A DNA stretch of 64,000 bases from Verrucomicrobiota bacterium. Lineage in GTDB: Bacteria; Verrucomicrobiota; Verrucomicrobiia; Opitutales; Seribacteraceae. Positions 1 to 10,243 of this stretch are shown here, piece by piece. The stretch spans positions 1-64,000 of the forward strand of contig JAQBYT010000010.1 of the NCBI GenBank assembly GCA_027622665.1, written 5' to 3'. Under the pieces are notes generated by a model. The model was not told the origin of the DNA. It searched no databases and saw only the letters and a list, made by a program, of their open reading frames with translations. Position 1 is the first letter of the stretch. Each line of letters starts with the position of its first letter. The position numbers were made by a program, and so were the translations under genes.

Positions 1-50
1 GTGGCGGGCGAGGTGGGTTCGTCTCAGGTTTAGGGACGTATCCCCTGTGC

Positions 51-479
51 TGTCATTGCGAGCCCGGCAGGGCGTGGCAATCAGGTCTCCTCACTTTTTG
101 TCATTGCGAGGAAGATCTCGCAGAGAACTGACGTGGCAATCCAGTCTAAAACGTCATGTGGGATGCCGGGGCGATGCGGTGGGTTGCCCAATGGTTCCGC
201 TGGATTGCCGCGTCGCTACGCTCCTCGCAATGACAACGGGGGGGGGGGGCGGGGGGGGTGGGGAGTGGCGGGCGGGGTGGGACGCGATCGCTGGATTGCC
301 GCGTCGGGGCTTTGCCCCTTCTCGCAATGACAAAGGTGGGACGGAAATGGGCGGGGTGGGACGCGTTCGCTGGATTGCCGCGTCGCTGCGCTCCTCGCAA
401 TGACAGGGTGTGAAGTGGTGGGCGGGGTGGGACGCGATCGCTGGATTGCCGCGTCGCTGCGCTCCTCCTCGCAATGACA
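51..479. repeat. Cluster of six REP-like palindromic repeats (TGTCATTGCGAG...GCAATCCAG family)
   Basis: Forward copies at 51-82 and 99-144. Reverse copies (CTGGATTGCCGCGTCG...CTCGCAATGACA) at 200-235, 291-332, 370-405 and 441-479. The last three are preceded by GGCGGGGTGGGACGCG(A/T)TCG. G-run at about 238-263. Confidence 0.85.
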
Positions 480-566
480 GGACAAAAATAGGCGAACCCC
501 TCCAAGCTGAAAGCGAGAAAAACTGGTGTCGGCGACCTAATTCGGATAGTTTGAGCTATTAGAAGA

Positions 567-2876
567 GTGATGATAGAGAATAGGGGAAGCGCAAGGCTGA
601 GAGCGGTTGTAGGGATCGCTGCTTTTCTGTGGGCGGGTTTGACGGCCCATTCGGAGCAAGTGAACCTGTCGGGAGAGCAAGTGTATAGCAAACACTGCAT
701 GGAATGCCACGGAGATCGCGGACAAGGTGTGGAAGACGAATACGACAAGCCCTTGGTAGGCGAATGGCCCTTACAGAAACTGGTTCGCTATGTGGAAAAG
801 ACGATGCCGGATGATAAACCGGGATTAGTCAAAGGGAAGGATGCCGAAAATGTTGCCCGCTTCATCTTCGACAGTTTTTACAAAAAACCCGAGCTATTCC
901 AAAAGGAGTCCCGGGTGGAGTTGGCCCGCTTGACCAATCGGCAGTTTCGTCAGTCCTTGTCCGACCTGTTTGCACAATTCGAAGGGCAACCCCAGCTCAT
1001 CAATCCCGAACCCGGGCTAAAGGCCAAATACTACAATGCCGAGGGCATGAACAAGAGGAAGAAAATGCAGCTCGAGCGGATCGATCGACTAATCCGGTTC
1101 GACTTCGGCAAGGAAGCTCCCGCCAAGGGCATGACCCCGAAGAAGTTTTCCATTTATTGGGAAGGATCTCTCATGCCACGCGAGACCGGTTGGTATGAAT
1201 TCTTCGTCAGGTCTCCCAATGGGTTCGCCTTACGAGTCAACAAACCCGATGACCTGCCGACCATTGACGAGAAGGTAACCGCAGGAAAAATGCGCGAGGC
1301 AAGCGCCAAGATGTTTCTTCTCGGCGGACGTCCCTACCCCCTTCGGCTTGAATACTTTAAATTCGACGATCCCAATGCCTCCATCGAGTTGAGTTGGAAG
1401 CCCCCGATCGGGGAAAAAGAAATCCTGCCCACGGAATTCCTCTTTACGCAAATGGTCCCCCAATCATTCGTACCGCAGCAAAAACTCCCTCCCGACGACT
1501 CCTCCCATGGGTACGAGCGCGGCATCCAAGTCGACAACACCTGGGACGAGGCCGTCACCTTCGCGAGTCTCGAGGCCGCCGAGTATGCGGGAAAACGAAT
1601 GGATCGATTAGCCAGGACCAACGACAAGGACGATAACAGGAAAAAAAAGATTATCGAGTTTGCAAAAACTTTCGTCCGTTTGGCTTTTCGGGAGAAGCTA
1701 AGCGAGGAAGACCTTGCCTTCTTCGTCCAGTCGAGATTCGATGAATCAACGCCCTTACAGACCTCGATTGAGAAAATCGTATTGATGGCGCTGAAGTCTC
1801 CCCGATTCCTCTACCCCGAGTGGCAAGCTCTGGCGAAGAAGCAGAAGGACTCGTTCGTAGTGGCCAACCGTTTGGCTTTATACCTTTGGGATTCGATTCC
1901 CGATAAGAAGCTCCACGATATGGTCGATAAAAACCAACTGGTCAAGGAAGGGCAGATCGAGAGCCAAGCCAACCGCATGCTCAAAGATGCTAGATCGAAG
2001 GCCAAGTTCAACGATTTCATGCTTCATTGGCTGGAAATGGATGCCGGGGAACTACCCGCCAAGAGTTCCAAGGTTCATTCCAAATTCACTTCGGCCTTGG
2101 CATTGGACCTAAGACGCTCCCTCTTACGGTGGATCGAAAAAGCGGTTTGGAAGGAAGAGGTCGGATGGCACGAGTTTCTTAGTATGCCCAAAATGGAATA
2201 CAACAAGCCCATCGCCGAGTATTACGGCCTTGAGTACCCAAAAGATCAAAACGTTTCCGGCTTTGTCTCAATAGACTCGTCCAAGCTCGGACGAAAGGGG
2301 CTTCACACTCATCCCTACCTACTCGCCAGCCATTCCTACTCCGACGACAGTTCGCCGATTCATCGCGGGGTGTTCGTAAGTCGTAAGATCTTAGGTCGCA
2401 CCTTGCGCCCACCCAAGGAAGCGGTTTCCTTTCGGAACACCGATTTCGATCCCAAATGGACTATGCGTGAAAAAGTGACCAGCCTCACCAAACCGGCCAA
2501 TTGCATGAGCTGCCACGATTTGATTAATTCCACCGGCTTCTCCCTCGAGGGCTTTGACGCTACCGGTCGTATACGGACGAAAATTGCCGACACACCGATT
2601 GACCTCAAGGTTGTATACTTGGACGAGGAAGGGAACGATCAGCAATTGAAGGGTCCGGGGGACCTACTAGAGCAGGCATTGAAATCTGCCAAAGCCTCAA
2701 AATCTTTTGTCGAGGAGCTATGCAAGCACCTTGCCAAGCAACCCCACGCCAGTTATGGTGAATTAAAAATAAACGAACTCACGAAAATGCTAAACGAGCA
2801 AAAATTGAAAATTAGCTCTCTTTACCTGAAAATAGCTTTTCAAGCTGCAACCGATGGCTTCGAGTTCCAGCCTTGA
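567..2876 (+). CDS. DUF1592-family exported protein: cytochrome c, DUF1587, PA14, DUF1595, DUF1592, DUF1588
   Basis: Signal peptide; CMECH heme motif; RLTNRQFRQSLSDLF; PA14-like FSIYWEGSL...YPLRLEY; LKSPRFLY...RLALYLWDSIPD; SSPIHRGVFV...CMSCH. Lies directly upstream of a DUF1552 gene. Confidence 0.9.
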   Translation: MMIENRGSARLRAVVGIAAFLWAGLTAHSEQVNLSGEQVYSKHCMECHGDRGQGVEDEYDKPLVGEWPLQKLVRYVEKTMPDDKPGLVKGKDAENVARFIFDSFYKKPELFQKESRVELARLTNRQFRQSLSDLFAQFEGQPQLINPEPGLKAKYYNAEGMNKRKKMQLERIDRLIRFDFGKEAPAKGMTPKKFSIYWEGSLMPRETGWYEFFVRSPNGFALRVNKPDDLPTIDEKVTAGKMREASAKMFLLGGRPYPLRLEYFKFDDPNASIELSWKPPIGEKEILPTEFLFTQMVPQSFVPQQKLPPDDSSHGYERGIQVDNTWDEAVTFASLEAAEYAGKRMDRLARTNDKDDNRKKKIIEFAKTFVRLAFREKLSEEDLAFFVQSRFDESTPLQTSIEKIVLMALKSPRFLYPEWQALAKKQKDSFVVANRLALYLWDSIPDKKLHDMVDKNQLVKEGQIESQANRMLKDARSKAKFNDFMLHWLEMDAGELPAKSSKVHSKFTSALALDLRRSLLRWIEKAVWKEEVGWHEFLSMPKMEYNKPIAEYYGLEYPKDQNVSGFVSIDSSKLGRKGLHTHPYLLASHSYSDDSSPIHRGVFVSRKILGRTLRPPKEAVSFRNTDFDPKWTMREKVTSLTKPANCMSCHDLINSTGFSLEGFDATGRIRTKIADTPIDLKVVYLDEEGNDQQLKGPGDLLEQALKSAKASKSFVEELCKHLAKQPHASYGELKINELTKMLNEQKLKISSLYLKIAFQAATDGFEFQP

Positions 2877-2885
2877 CCAACACTT

Positions 2886-4214
2886 ATGACTCTCGATCCA
2901 ATCAATCGTCGATCCGCCCTTAGGCAACTGGGACTCTCCTCGCTTTCGCTTCCCATTCTTTCCCAAGCCTCGAACCTTTTCGCCGAACCGGCCAAGAAGG
3001 GTGCGCCCAAGCAACGTCTGATCGTGATGTTCAGCCCGAACGGAACCATTCCCGATCATTTCTGGCCGGAAAAAACCGGGGACGATTTCGAGCATAAAAC
3101 AATTCTAAAGCCTCTCGAACCCTTTCACGACAAAACATTGATCCTTCGCGACCTCCACAACAAGGTCCGGGGCGACGGAGACAACCACATGCGCGGAATG
3201 AGCTGCCTGCTCACGGGCATCGAGCTTTTTCCAGGCAACATTCAAGGAGGCTCAGACACCCCCGCAGGTTGGCCCAAGGGAATTTCCATCGATCGCGAAA
3301 TTTGCAAGTACCTGCAATCCAAGGATGAGACCCGTACTCGTTTCGGCGCCTTGCATTTTGGCGTCGGCGTAAAAGACACCGCTGACCCTTGGACTCGGAT
3401 GTCTTATGACGGGCCCAATCAGCCTGTCACGCCCTTGCCCGATCCCTATGAAGCTTATCGCAAACTCTACGGCAAGGTGAGGGAAAAGAAAAGGGTGCGC
3501 TCCGTACTCGACGACCTGCGAGCAGATCTGAAAAAGGTCGCCGACCGCCTACCCGAAACCGACCGCAAACTCTTAATCGAGCACACCAAGCTAGTCGACC
3601 GGATGGACAAGGAATACGCCGCTGGCAGTTCGCTGAACAACTTGGTGGTAAAGCCACCCGAGCTGCCCGAGGGCATTCGTAACCAAAACGAGAACCTTCC
3701 GCAACTGGGTCGCTTGCAAATCGATCTCCTGGTCAACTCATTCGTCAACGACTTTGCCCGTGTTGCGACCCTCCAATATACCAAATCCGTTGGACAAGCC
3801 AAAATGAACTGGCTGGATATTGAGGACGCTCACCACACGCTTTCCCACGAACCGGACAAGAACAAGGCCGCCTACGATAAACTGGTCCGTATCAACACTT
3901 GGTTTGCCGAGGAACTCGCCTATTTGCTGAAGAAGCTCGAATCCACCCCCGAGCCGGGCCAAAAGGGTTCGATGCTCGATCACACATTAGTAATCTGGAC
4001 GAACGAGCTCGGCAAAGGAAACAGCCATACTCTCAACAACATACCTTTCGTCCTAATCGGCGGAGGATTCGGTTTCAAGATGGGACGATCAATATCTTGT
4101 AAAAACAGCGCCCATAACCGCTTGTTTTTAAGTCTCGCCCATGCCGTTGGGCATCCCCTGAAGACCTTTGGTAACGCCAAGCTCAGTGCAGACGGACCGC
4201 TGGACTTGGGCTAA
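2886..4214 (+). CDS. DUF1552 domain protein, probably Tat-exported
   Basis: Twin-arginine-like leader NRRSALRQLG; motifs RLIVMFSPNG, ILKPLEPF, HHTLSH, SMLDHTLVIWTNELG; canonical partner of DUF1592. Confidence 0.9.
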   Translation: MTLDPINRRSALRQLGLSSLSLPILSQASNLFAEPAKKGAPKQRLIVMFSPNGTIPDHFWPEKTGDDFEHKTILKPLEPFHDKTLILRDLHNKVRGDGDNHMRGMSCLLTGIELFPGNIQGGSDTPAGWPKGISIDREICKYLQSKDETRTRFGALHFGVGVKDTADPWTRMSYDGPNQPVTPLPDPYEAYRKLYGKVREKKRVRSVLDDLRADLKKVADRLPETDRKLLIEHTKLVDRMDKEYAAGSSLNNLVVKPPELPEGIRNQNENLPQLGRLQIDLLVNSFVNDFARVATLQYTKSVGQAKMNWLDIEDAHHTLSHEPDKNKAAYDKLVRINTWFAEELAYLLKKLESTPEPGQKGSMLDHTLVIWTNELGKGNSHTLNNIPFVLIGGGFGFKMGRSISCKNSAHNRLFLSLAHAVGHPLKTFGNAKLSADGPLDLG

Positions 4215-4268
4215 CAGGATTAGCAATTGTAAAAAGAGTGATCTCTAGTCCCTGCAATTAGCAGAGGA

Positions 4269-5414
4269 TCATTCCTGCAGGAAAAGGAATACGCCCTTGC
4301 GATTGGATACCACGACGTCGATCTTCTTGTCGCCGTTGAAGTCCTCGGTTAAGAACTGCGCCCCGACGCCCGACTGGTCGTCGATCTTGTGGGGAACGAA
4401 CTCGGGCGCCTTGCCCTTGGCCGTCTTGATGTCGAACCAGTAGAGCTCGCTAGCCTGCCCGGCCAAGGAAGGACGGTAACCGTGGGCGAAGAAACGGCGA
4501 CCCGTGACCAAGTCCTTGCGCCCATCACCGTTGACGTCGACGTAGTTGGCCGAGTGCGTCTCGCGAATAAGCCCCTTGTGAAAAGAATTGGTTTCAAAAC
4601 TTCCGTCTTCCTTTTGCTTGCACCAGTAAATGCCGGTGCCGTGAGCGGAGGTGCAGAGGATGTCGTTGAGCCCATCGCCATCGGCATCTAGGTGATACAT
4701 GTCGGCCACGCCATCCTTCACGATCTGCTTGGCATGATAGGTCCACTTGCCACCCTTCCCCGACTTGTCCTTGGGCTGGGCCCACCATCCTCCTCCCCAT
4801 GTTACGTCGAGCAAGCCGTCGCCGTTGACGTCAGAGGCGCCAAGCCCGTGAGCATATTGGTGGGCGGGCTTGGGTTCGTCTCCGATGACATTATGCGACC
4901 AGAGCTCGTTCACCTTTGAAACCTCGGGCACAGGCACCCATGCGATCTTGCCCTCGACACCCATGAGGAAGACCTTCTTACCATCGGCAAATAAATCCAG
5001 GTAGAGGCGGGTCTCGTTGCCCGTTCCCTTGAATGCCTCGTGTTCCTGCCAGTGGCCTGCTCCCTTGTTCTGGGGGTTTTCGTACCACTTGGCGGATTTG
5101 CCGTGAAAGGGAATGACCATGAGGTCGATCCAACCGTCACGGTTGTAATCATCGGGATACACGGCAAAGGCCTCGGTGTAGCCTCCTCGAGTCTCTTTGC
5201 GTGGCTTGCGAATCTCATGGCGTTTCCAATCGGGGGCGGCGTACCAGTAATCTCCAACTGCAACGTCGTTTTTGCCATCCTTGTTGAAGTCGCCTATGCC
5301 CACTCCCTCGGAGCGGAACATGTCGTCCAAAGTGATTTTCTTGAACTTAGGTTCGGCAGAGCCAGCAATCACGCCGGCGACTAGGACTAGGAAAAGCAGA
5401 GAGGGAATTTTCAT
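4269..5414 (-). CDS. FG-GAP/VCBS-repeat beta-propeller protein, exported
   Basis: Repeated DxNxDGxxD motifs (GDFNKDGKND, DVNGDGLLD, DVNGDGRKD, DFNGDKKID). Start moved to MKIPSLL at 5414, which gives a signal peptide. Confidence 0.88.
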   Translation of the reverse strand: MKIPSLLFLVLVAGVIAGSAEPKFKKITLDDMFRSEGVGIGDFNKDGKNDVAVGDYWYAAPDWKRHEIRKPRKETRGGYTEAFAVYPDDYNRDGWIDLMVIPFHGKSAKWYENPQNKGAGHWQEHEAFKGTGNETRLYLDLFADGKKVFLMGVEGKIAWVPVPEVSKVNELWSHNVIGDEPKPAHQYAHGLGASDVNGDGLLDVTWGGGWWAQPKDKSGKGGKWTYHAKQIVKDGVADMYHLDADGDGLNDILCTSAHGTGIYWCKQKEDGSFETNSFHKGLIRETHSANYVDVNGDGRKDLVTGRRFFAHGYRPSLAGQASELYWFDIKTAKGKAPEFVPHKIDDQSGVGAQFLTEDFNGDKKIDVVVSNRKGVFLFLQE

Positions 5415-5712
5415 GGGATGGATGAGGTTGAAGGATTTCAGGTGAAACGAAAACAAAGTGCCGAAGGATCGACTCAGTCGAGCCAAATCCATCCTCCAAA
5501 GAAATTCAGTTCTCGAAAGGACCGAATATTCTTCCCTTGGGAATCGTTTGGGTTGAAAGGAAAGAACATGAAAAAAACTTCACTGATTGAATGGAAAGTG
5601 CGGGCGGTTTCATAAAAAACAAGAGATTCCCGCTAGCCTCGTTCCGCTTGACGTCCTCTACCTAAAGAAACGATATCAAAAGCCTAAGTCCAAAACCTCC
5701 ACCATAATTCCC

Positions 5713-6435
5713 ATGAAACTTGCCCATTCGCCACTGATTACAGCTTTATCTCTTTCAATAATTCTGGCCAGCGTATCCGTAGCCAAGCAAAGCGAGGAGA
5801 GCTTCAAGCCTGAAAACGGTTCCCAAGGCTACCGCTACTTGCTGCACCTCCCAAAGGGATCGGAAAAGAAGGGGGCGAAGGAGAAGTGGCCCCTGCTTGT
5901 CTTTCTTCATGGCCGCGGTGAGCGAGGCGACAACCTTAGATTGGTAAAAAAGCATGGTCCCGCCAAGCTGGCTGAGGATCGCGAAATGAAATTCATCGTG
6001 ATTTCCCCCCAGTGCCCGACCACCGACTTGTGGTGGAAACCGAGTATCGTAGCCGGACTCGTAGACTCCGTAATCAAGAAGTACTCCGTGGACAAGGATC
6101 GCGTTTACCTTACGGGACTGAGCCAAGGTGGCTTCGGCACTTGGGCGACCGCCGCCGAATATCCAAAGAAATTTGCCGCTGTGGCTCCGATCTGCGGCGG
6201 GGGCAAGGTGAGCTGGGCCCACAACTACGGGAAGTTGCCGATTTGGAACTTTCACGGAACGAGAGACAAGGCCGTTCTTGTCGTTCTTAGCCACAAGATG
6301 GTCAAGGCGGTGAAGGAGGCAGGGGGCGACGTAACTTTCACGGAATACCCCGACAAAGGGCACGACTGCTGGACTGCGACCTACGACAACCCGAAACTTT
6401 ACGAATGGCTGCTCAGCCACACTAGGAAGCCTTGA
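5713..6435 (+). CDS. Exported alpha/beta hydrolase (phospholipase/carboxylesterase or predicted-peptidase type)
   Basis: PLLVFLHGRGE, nucleophile elbow GLSQGG, FHGTRD, GHDCW; signal peptide from MKLAH at 5713. Confidence 0.88.
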   Translation: MKLAHSPLITALSLSIILASVSVAKQSEESFKPENGSQGYRYLLHLPKGSEKKGAKEKWPLLVFLHGRGERGDNLRLVKKHGPAKLAEDREMKFIVISPQCPTTDLWWKPSIVAGLVDSVIKKYSVDKDRVYLTGLSQGGFGTWATAAEYPKKFAAVAPICGGGKVSWAHNYGKLPIWNFHGTRDKAVLVVLSHKMVKAVKEAGGDVTFTEYPDKGHDCWTATYDNPKLYEWLLSHTRKP

Positions 6436-6716
6436 CGGACAATTCCTTCATTCAAGCCGTTCTAGATCGATTACAAGCGACGGCATCCAAAAACTTCCTT
6501 TCCGACAAAGCTGAGTTCCAGTCTTTTGTCGAGCAAACGGCCGCGACCTTTTCGGAAGAACCTGAGAAGATCGAGATGCCCCTTCTCGACGAAAACCCTT
6601 GGAGTCTCCTGGTGAAGAACGTACCGGAAGCGATCGCTTCGGCAGATCCACTTGGCTTCGGTCGCTTCGACGAGGTAACACCGGACGATCTTCGACCCAT
6701 CTTGAACAACATTTGA
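6432..6716 (+). CDS. Hypothetical protein, 94 aa
   Basis: TTG start overlaps the upstream stop (TTGA); protein-like composition; fills the intergenic gap. Confidence 0.55.
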   Translation: MTDNSFIQAVLDRLQATASKNFLSDKAEFQSFVEQTAATFSEEPEKIEMPLLDENPWSLLVKNVPEAIASADPLGFGRFDEVTPDDLRPILNNI

Positions 6717-6780
6717 ATTAGCTTCGGCAGATTATTTCCAAAGAACACTCAGGATCATCTTTAATCCAGTCCTTATCCTT

Positions 6781-9700
6781 ATGAATCATCGCTTGGTAAA
6801 CATTCTCTCGTCAATCATTCTCATAGTCTCGCCCACCCTTGCGGAAGAGACCCACGTCGTCGACCATCCTGAAATGGTCAAGGGATTGGACACGGCCAAC
6901 CGCGAAGGATACGATAGAGGCAAAGCCCTCTACCAAATTGTTTGCACAAATTGTCATGGAACCCCAAGCAAGGCGGGGACCTTGCCCACGGCCCTCCGTT
7001 TCTGGGAGGCGCCAATGAAAAATGGTTCGGATCCCCGGGCGATGTACCGCACTTTGACCAAGGGATTCAACCAAATGGTCCCACAAAACTGGATGACACC
7101 GGAGCAAAAGTACCAAGTCATTCATTTCATCCGCGAAGAATTCCTCAAGGATGCAAACCCGTCCCAGTATAAAAAAGTAGACGATGCCTACCTAGCTGGG
7201 GTCGATAAGGAAACCGCAGCGGGTCCGGCACCACAATCTCGGGCTCTCAACAAGCCATACCTCCAAATGGACTTTGGGCAGAACATGAACTACACCTTCG
7301 AAGTCGGTCCCGACAACATTGCCTACAAAGCCATTGCAGTTCGCCTCGACAAAGGCGGTGACGGAATAACCAAGGGGAAGGCGTGGTTGGCCTATGACCA
7401 CGACCTGATGCGCGTCGCAGCCATCTGGACGGGCGATAAGTTTTGCGACTGGCGAAGCATCGGAATGGACGGTAGTCACGGCTCACACCCGAAAATCGTC
7501 GGGGACAAATTCCTCGTACACCCAAAGGCCCCGGGATGGGCTAAACCCGGGACCGATGATTTCACCGACCCACGTTTTCTGGGCCGCGACAACAAACCCT
7601 ATGGTCCCCTGCCCCGCGATTGGACGCACTACAAGGGACTTTATCACCACGGCGAAAAGGTCGTGGTGAAATACACGGTTGGCCAACGCGAGATTTTGGA
7701 GATGGCGGACCTTGCCTCAGAGGTCCCCTTGGTCGTGGCGCGGAACTTTAGGATCGGTCCGGGCAAGCAATCCATGCTGCTTAGTCTTGGGAAAGGCTCG
7801 GGTGACGGTGGAATCATCAAGGGCAAAGCAAAACAGTCCATCGCCTTCGTTCCCTTACTCGGCGGCCTCGCAAGCGCGCCTCCGCCCGACCCGAATGGTC
7901 AAATGACATTGGGCGGCACGGACTTTTCGATAGCCGCGTGGATTCGCACCAAGAAAGGCGGGGCAATCTTTTGCAAGTCCAGCCCCACGGGGCCTTGGAG
8001 CAAAAACGCCAAAGCGTTGTTCGTGCGCAACGGACGACTCACCTACGAAGTAGGTTGGGTCGGCGACGTAGTCTCACGAACACCTGTCGCTGACGGCAAG
8101 TGGCGCCACATCGCGATGACTCACAAGAGTGACGGGAAAGTTCGCCTCTACGTCGACGGCAAGGAAGATCGTTCCGGTTCTCTGCCTGCTTCCGACGGAT
8201 CAGGGCACGTCGTACGTTTGGGTTACTGCGCGACGGACTTCTGTCCGCCATACAAAGGGGACTTGGATGAAACTCTCGTCTATGCCCGCATCCTTGAGGC
8301 CAAGGAAATCGAAACCCTCGCAGCCGCAAAGCAAGTGCCCGGAACCGCTGCTCGATGGAGTTTCGACAAGCAAGGCAAAGAGATCGCAAATGAGGTAGGC
8401 CCCGATTATCACGGCGCTCTTCGCGGCAACCCAAAACAAATCACCGGAAAGATCGGGAAGGCGCTGAGCTTCACCGGTTCTTCCAAGATCGAAATCGCCG
8501 GAAAGTCCAAGAAGGGTGAAGCCAAGCCCAAGGCACCCAAACCCGCCACCCAGGAATTCGATGGTCTCGTGTTGGCCGCATCCGTGGTCGGCGACGTCGA
8601 AGGAATCGCTTGGACTTCTGCAAACGGGCACCTGCGACTCCGCATACCGGCCTCAACAGAGGAACTAAACATAAAGGTTCTCCACTGGCGGGGAGAGGCT
8701 TCCGAGTTGGTCGCTTTCGGGAAAATCATTAATTCCGCCCAAACGATCGACCTCACGCCGCTCACCAAGGGTACTGCTCCGCGGTGGGCCCATGACGTCG
8801 AGGTTGACGCAAAAGTCTCCGAATCCGAAAAACCGTACGTGGTCGATGAAATCGTCATTCCCCCCGTAACGCCATGGAACTCCTGGATGCGCCTTTCCGG
8901 GTTCGACTTCTTTAAGGACGGCAAGCGAGCCGCCGTATCCACTTGGCACGGCGACGTCTGGACCGTATCAGGCATCGGAGATGAACTCGGCAAAGGAAAA
9001 TTGAAGTGGCGCCGGATCGCATCCGGACTCTTTCAACCGCTCGGGGTACGCGTAATCGACGAGGTCGTGCACCTCGCCTGCCGCGACCAGCTCGTCGTCC
9101 TTCGCGACCTCAACGGCGACGGAGAGACCGACTACTACGAATCCCTGAACAACGACCACCAAGTCACCGAGCACTTTCACGAATTCGCCATGGGCTTGCA
9201 GACCGACGAAGACGGCAACTTCTACTACGCCAAGTCCGCCCGCCACGCAAAAACCGCCTTGGTCCCTCACCACGGCACACTCATCAAGGTGACCAAGGAC
9301 GGCGAAAAAACCGAAATCATCGCCAATGGCTTCCGGGCCGCCAACGGGGTCTGCCTAAATCCAGACGGATCCTTCTTCGTCACCGACCAGGAAGGTCATT
9401 GGACTCCCAAGAACCGCGTCAACTGGGTAACCAAGGGTGGTTTTTATGGCAACATGATGGGCTACACCGACGTAAAGGACACCAGTGATTCCGCGATGAA
9501 CCAACCCTTGGCATGGCTTACCAACTCCTTCAACCGCTCGCCGGGGGAACTGGTCTGGGCCAAGAGCAAAAAGTGGGGACCGCTCGAAGGTTCGTTACTC
9601 GACGTATCCTACGGCATGGGCCGCGTGTTCGTGGTTCTCAACGAAAAGGTAAACGGACAACTGCAAGGCGGCGAATACGCCCTTCCCATTCCCGACTTCC

Positions 9701-10164
9701 CGACGGGCGTAATGCGAGGACGTTTTCATCCCGACGACGGGCAACTTTATGTTTGCGGCATGTTCGCCTGGGCAGGCAACAAGCGCGGTGACGGCGGCTT
9801 CTATAGGATCCGCTACACAGGAGCACCTACTTGTCTCCCCACCACTCTGGAGGCGTCCAAGGGAACTCTCCGAATAAAGTTCAGCGAAAAGCTCGATAAA
9901 GAAACCGCCACAAGTCCATCCAGTTACAAGCTGAAGACTTGGAGCATAAAACGAACAGGAGGATACGGTTCACGCCATTACGACGAAAAGCCGCTCAAAG
10001 TGGAGAGCGCGAAACTTCTTGCGGATGGCCAAACCGTGGAACTCAACGTTCCGGACATCAAGCCCACTTTGTGTATGGAAATCAATTACGAGCTAAAGAC
10101 CGGAGAAGGCAAAGCCATCTCCAACCGCATAAACAATACCATTCACAATTTGGCCAAGAACTAA
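6781..10164 (+). CDS. Exported c-type cytochrome with DUF6797-like domain, LamG insertion and sugar-dehydrogenase-like beta-propeller
   Basis: CTNCH; AYKAIAVRLD...YDHDLMR; LamG motifs FSIAAWIRT, DGKWRHIAMT, LYVDGK, GDLDE; propeller motifs ASGLFQPLG, ANGFRAANG, TDQEGHW. Confidence 0.85.
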   Translation: MNHRLVNILSSIILIVSPTLAEETHVVDHPEMVKGLDTANREGYDRGKALYQIVCTNCHGTPSKAGTLPTALRFWEAPMKNGSDPRAMYRTLTKGFNQMVPQNWMTPEQKYQVIHFIREEFLKDANPSQYKKVDDAYLAGVDKETAAGPAPQSRALNKPYLQMDFGQNMNYTFEVGPDNIAYKAIAVRLDKGGDGITKGKAWLAYDHDLMRVAAIWTGDKFCDWRSIGMDGSHGSHPKIVGDKFLVHPKAPGWAKPGTDDFTDPRFLGRDNKPYGPLPRDWTHYKGLYHHGEKVVVKYTVGQREILEMADLASEVPLVVARNFRIGPGKQSMLLSLGKGSGDGGIIKGKAKQSIAFVPLLGGLASAPPPDPNGQMTLGGTDFSIAAWIRTKKGGAIFCKSSPTGPWSKNAKALFVRNGRLTYEVGWVGDVVSRTPVADGKWRHIAMTHKSDGKVRLYVDGKEDRSGSLPASDGSGHVVRLGYCATDFCPPYKGDLDETLVYARILEAKEIETLAAAKQVPGTAARWSFDKQGKEIANEVGPDYHGALRGNPKQITGKIGKALSFTGSSKIEIAGKSKKGEAKPKAPKPATQEFDGLVLAASVVGDVEGIAWTSANGHLRLRIPASTEELNIKVLHWRGEASELVAFGKIINSAQTIDLTPLTKGTAPRWAHDVEVDAKVSESEKPYVVDEIVIPPVTPWNSWMRLSGFDFFKDGKRAAVSTWHGDVWTVSGIGDELGKGKLKWRRIASGLFQPLGVRVIDEVVHLACRDQLVVLRDLNGDGETDYYESLNNDHQVTEHFHEFAMGLQTDEDGNFYYAKSARHAKTALVPHHGTLIKVTKDGEKTEIIANGFRAANGVCLNPDGSFFVTDQEGHWTPKNRVNWVTKGGFYGNMMGYTDVKDTSDSAMNQPLAWLTNSFNRSPGELVWAKSKKWGPLEGSLLDVSYGMGRVFVVLNEKVNGQLQGGEYALPIPDFPTGVMRGRFHPDDGQLYVCGMFAWAGNKRGDGGFYRIRYTGAPTCLPTTLEASKGTLRIKFSEKLDKETATSPSSYKLKTWSIKRTGGYGSRHYDEKPLKVESAKLLADGQTVELNVPDIKPTLCMEINYELKTGEGKAISNRINNTIHNLAKN

Positions 10165-10208
10165 ACAATCGCTCTCAAGGCAAAGATTCTCATATTGTGC
10201 ACCGTGGT

Positions 10209-10243
10209 TTGACATCCGGGCCATAAGACATAAGGCTTAAACT
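10209..10243 (+). promoter_or_regulatory. Candidate sigma70-type promoter abutting the start codon
   Basis: TTGACA-17 nt-AAGGCT-6 nt-ATG(10244); no Shine-Dalgarno sequence. Confidence 0.5.

Noticed and set aside
200..479. CRISPR array
   Set aside because: Repeats vary internally and occur in both orientations, the spacers are short, G-rich and related to each other, and no cas genes are present. REP-like instead.
47..748. ORFs 47-403, 133-330, 146-748, 154-474, 216-485
   Set aside because: Translations of the palindromic repeats (recurring CHCEERSDAAI / VIARS peptides), not credible genes.
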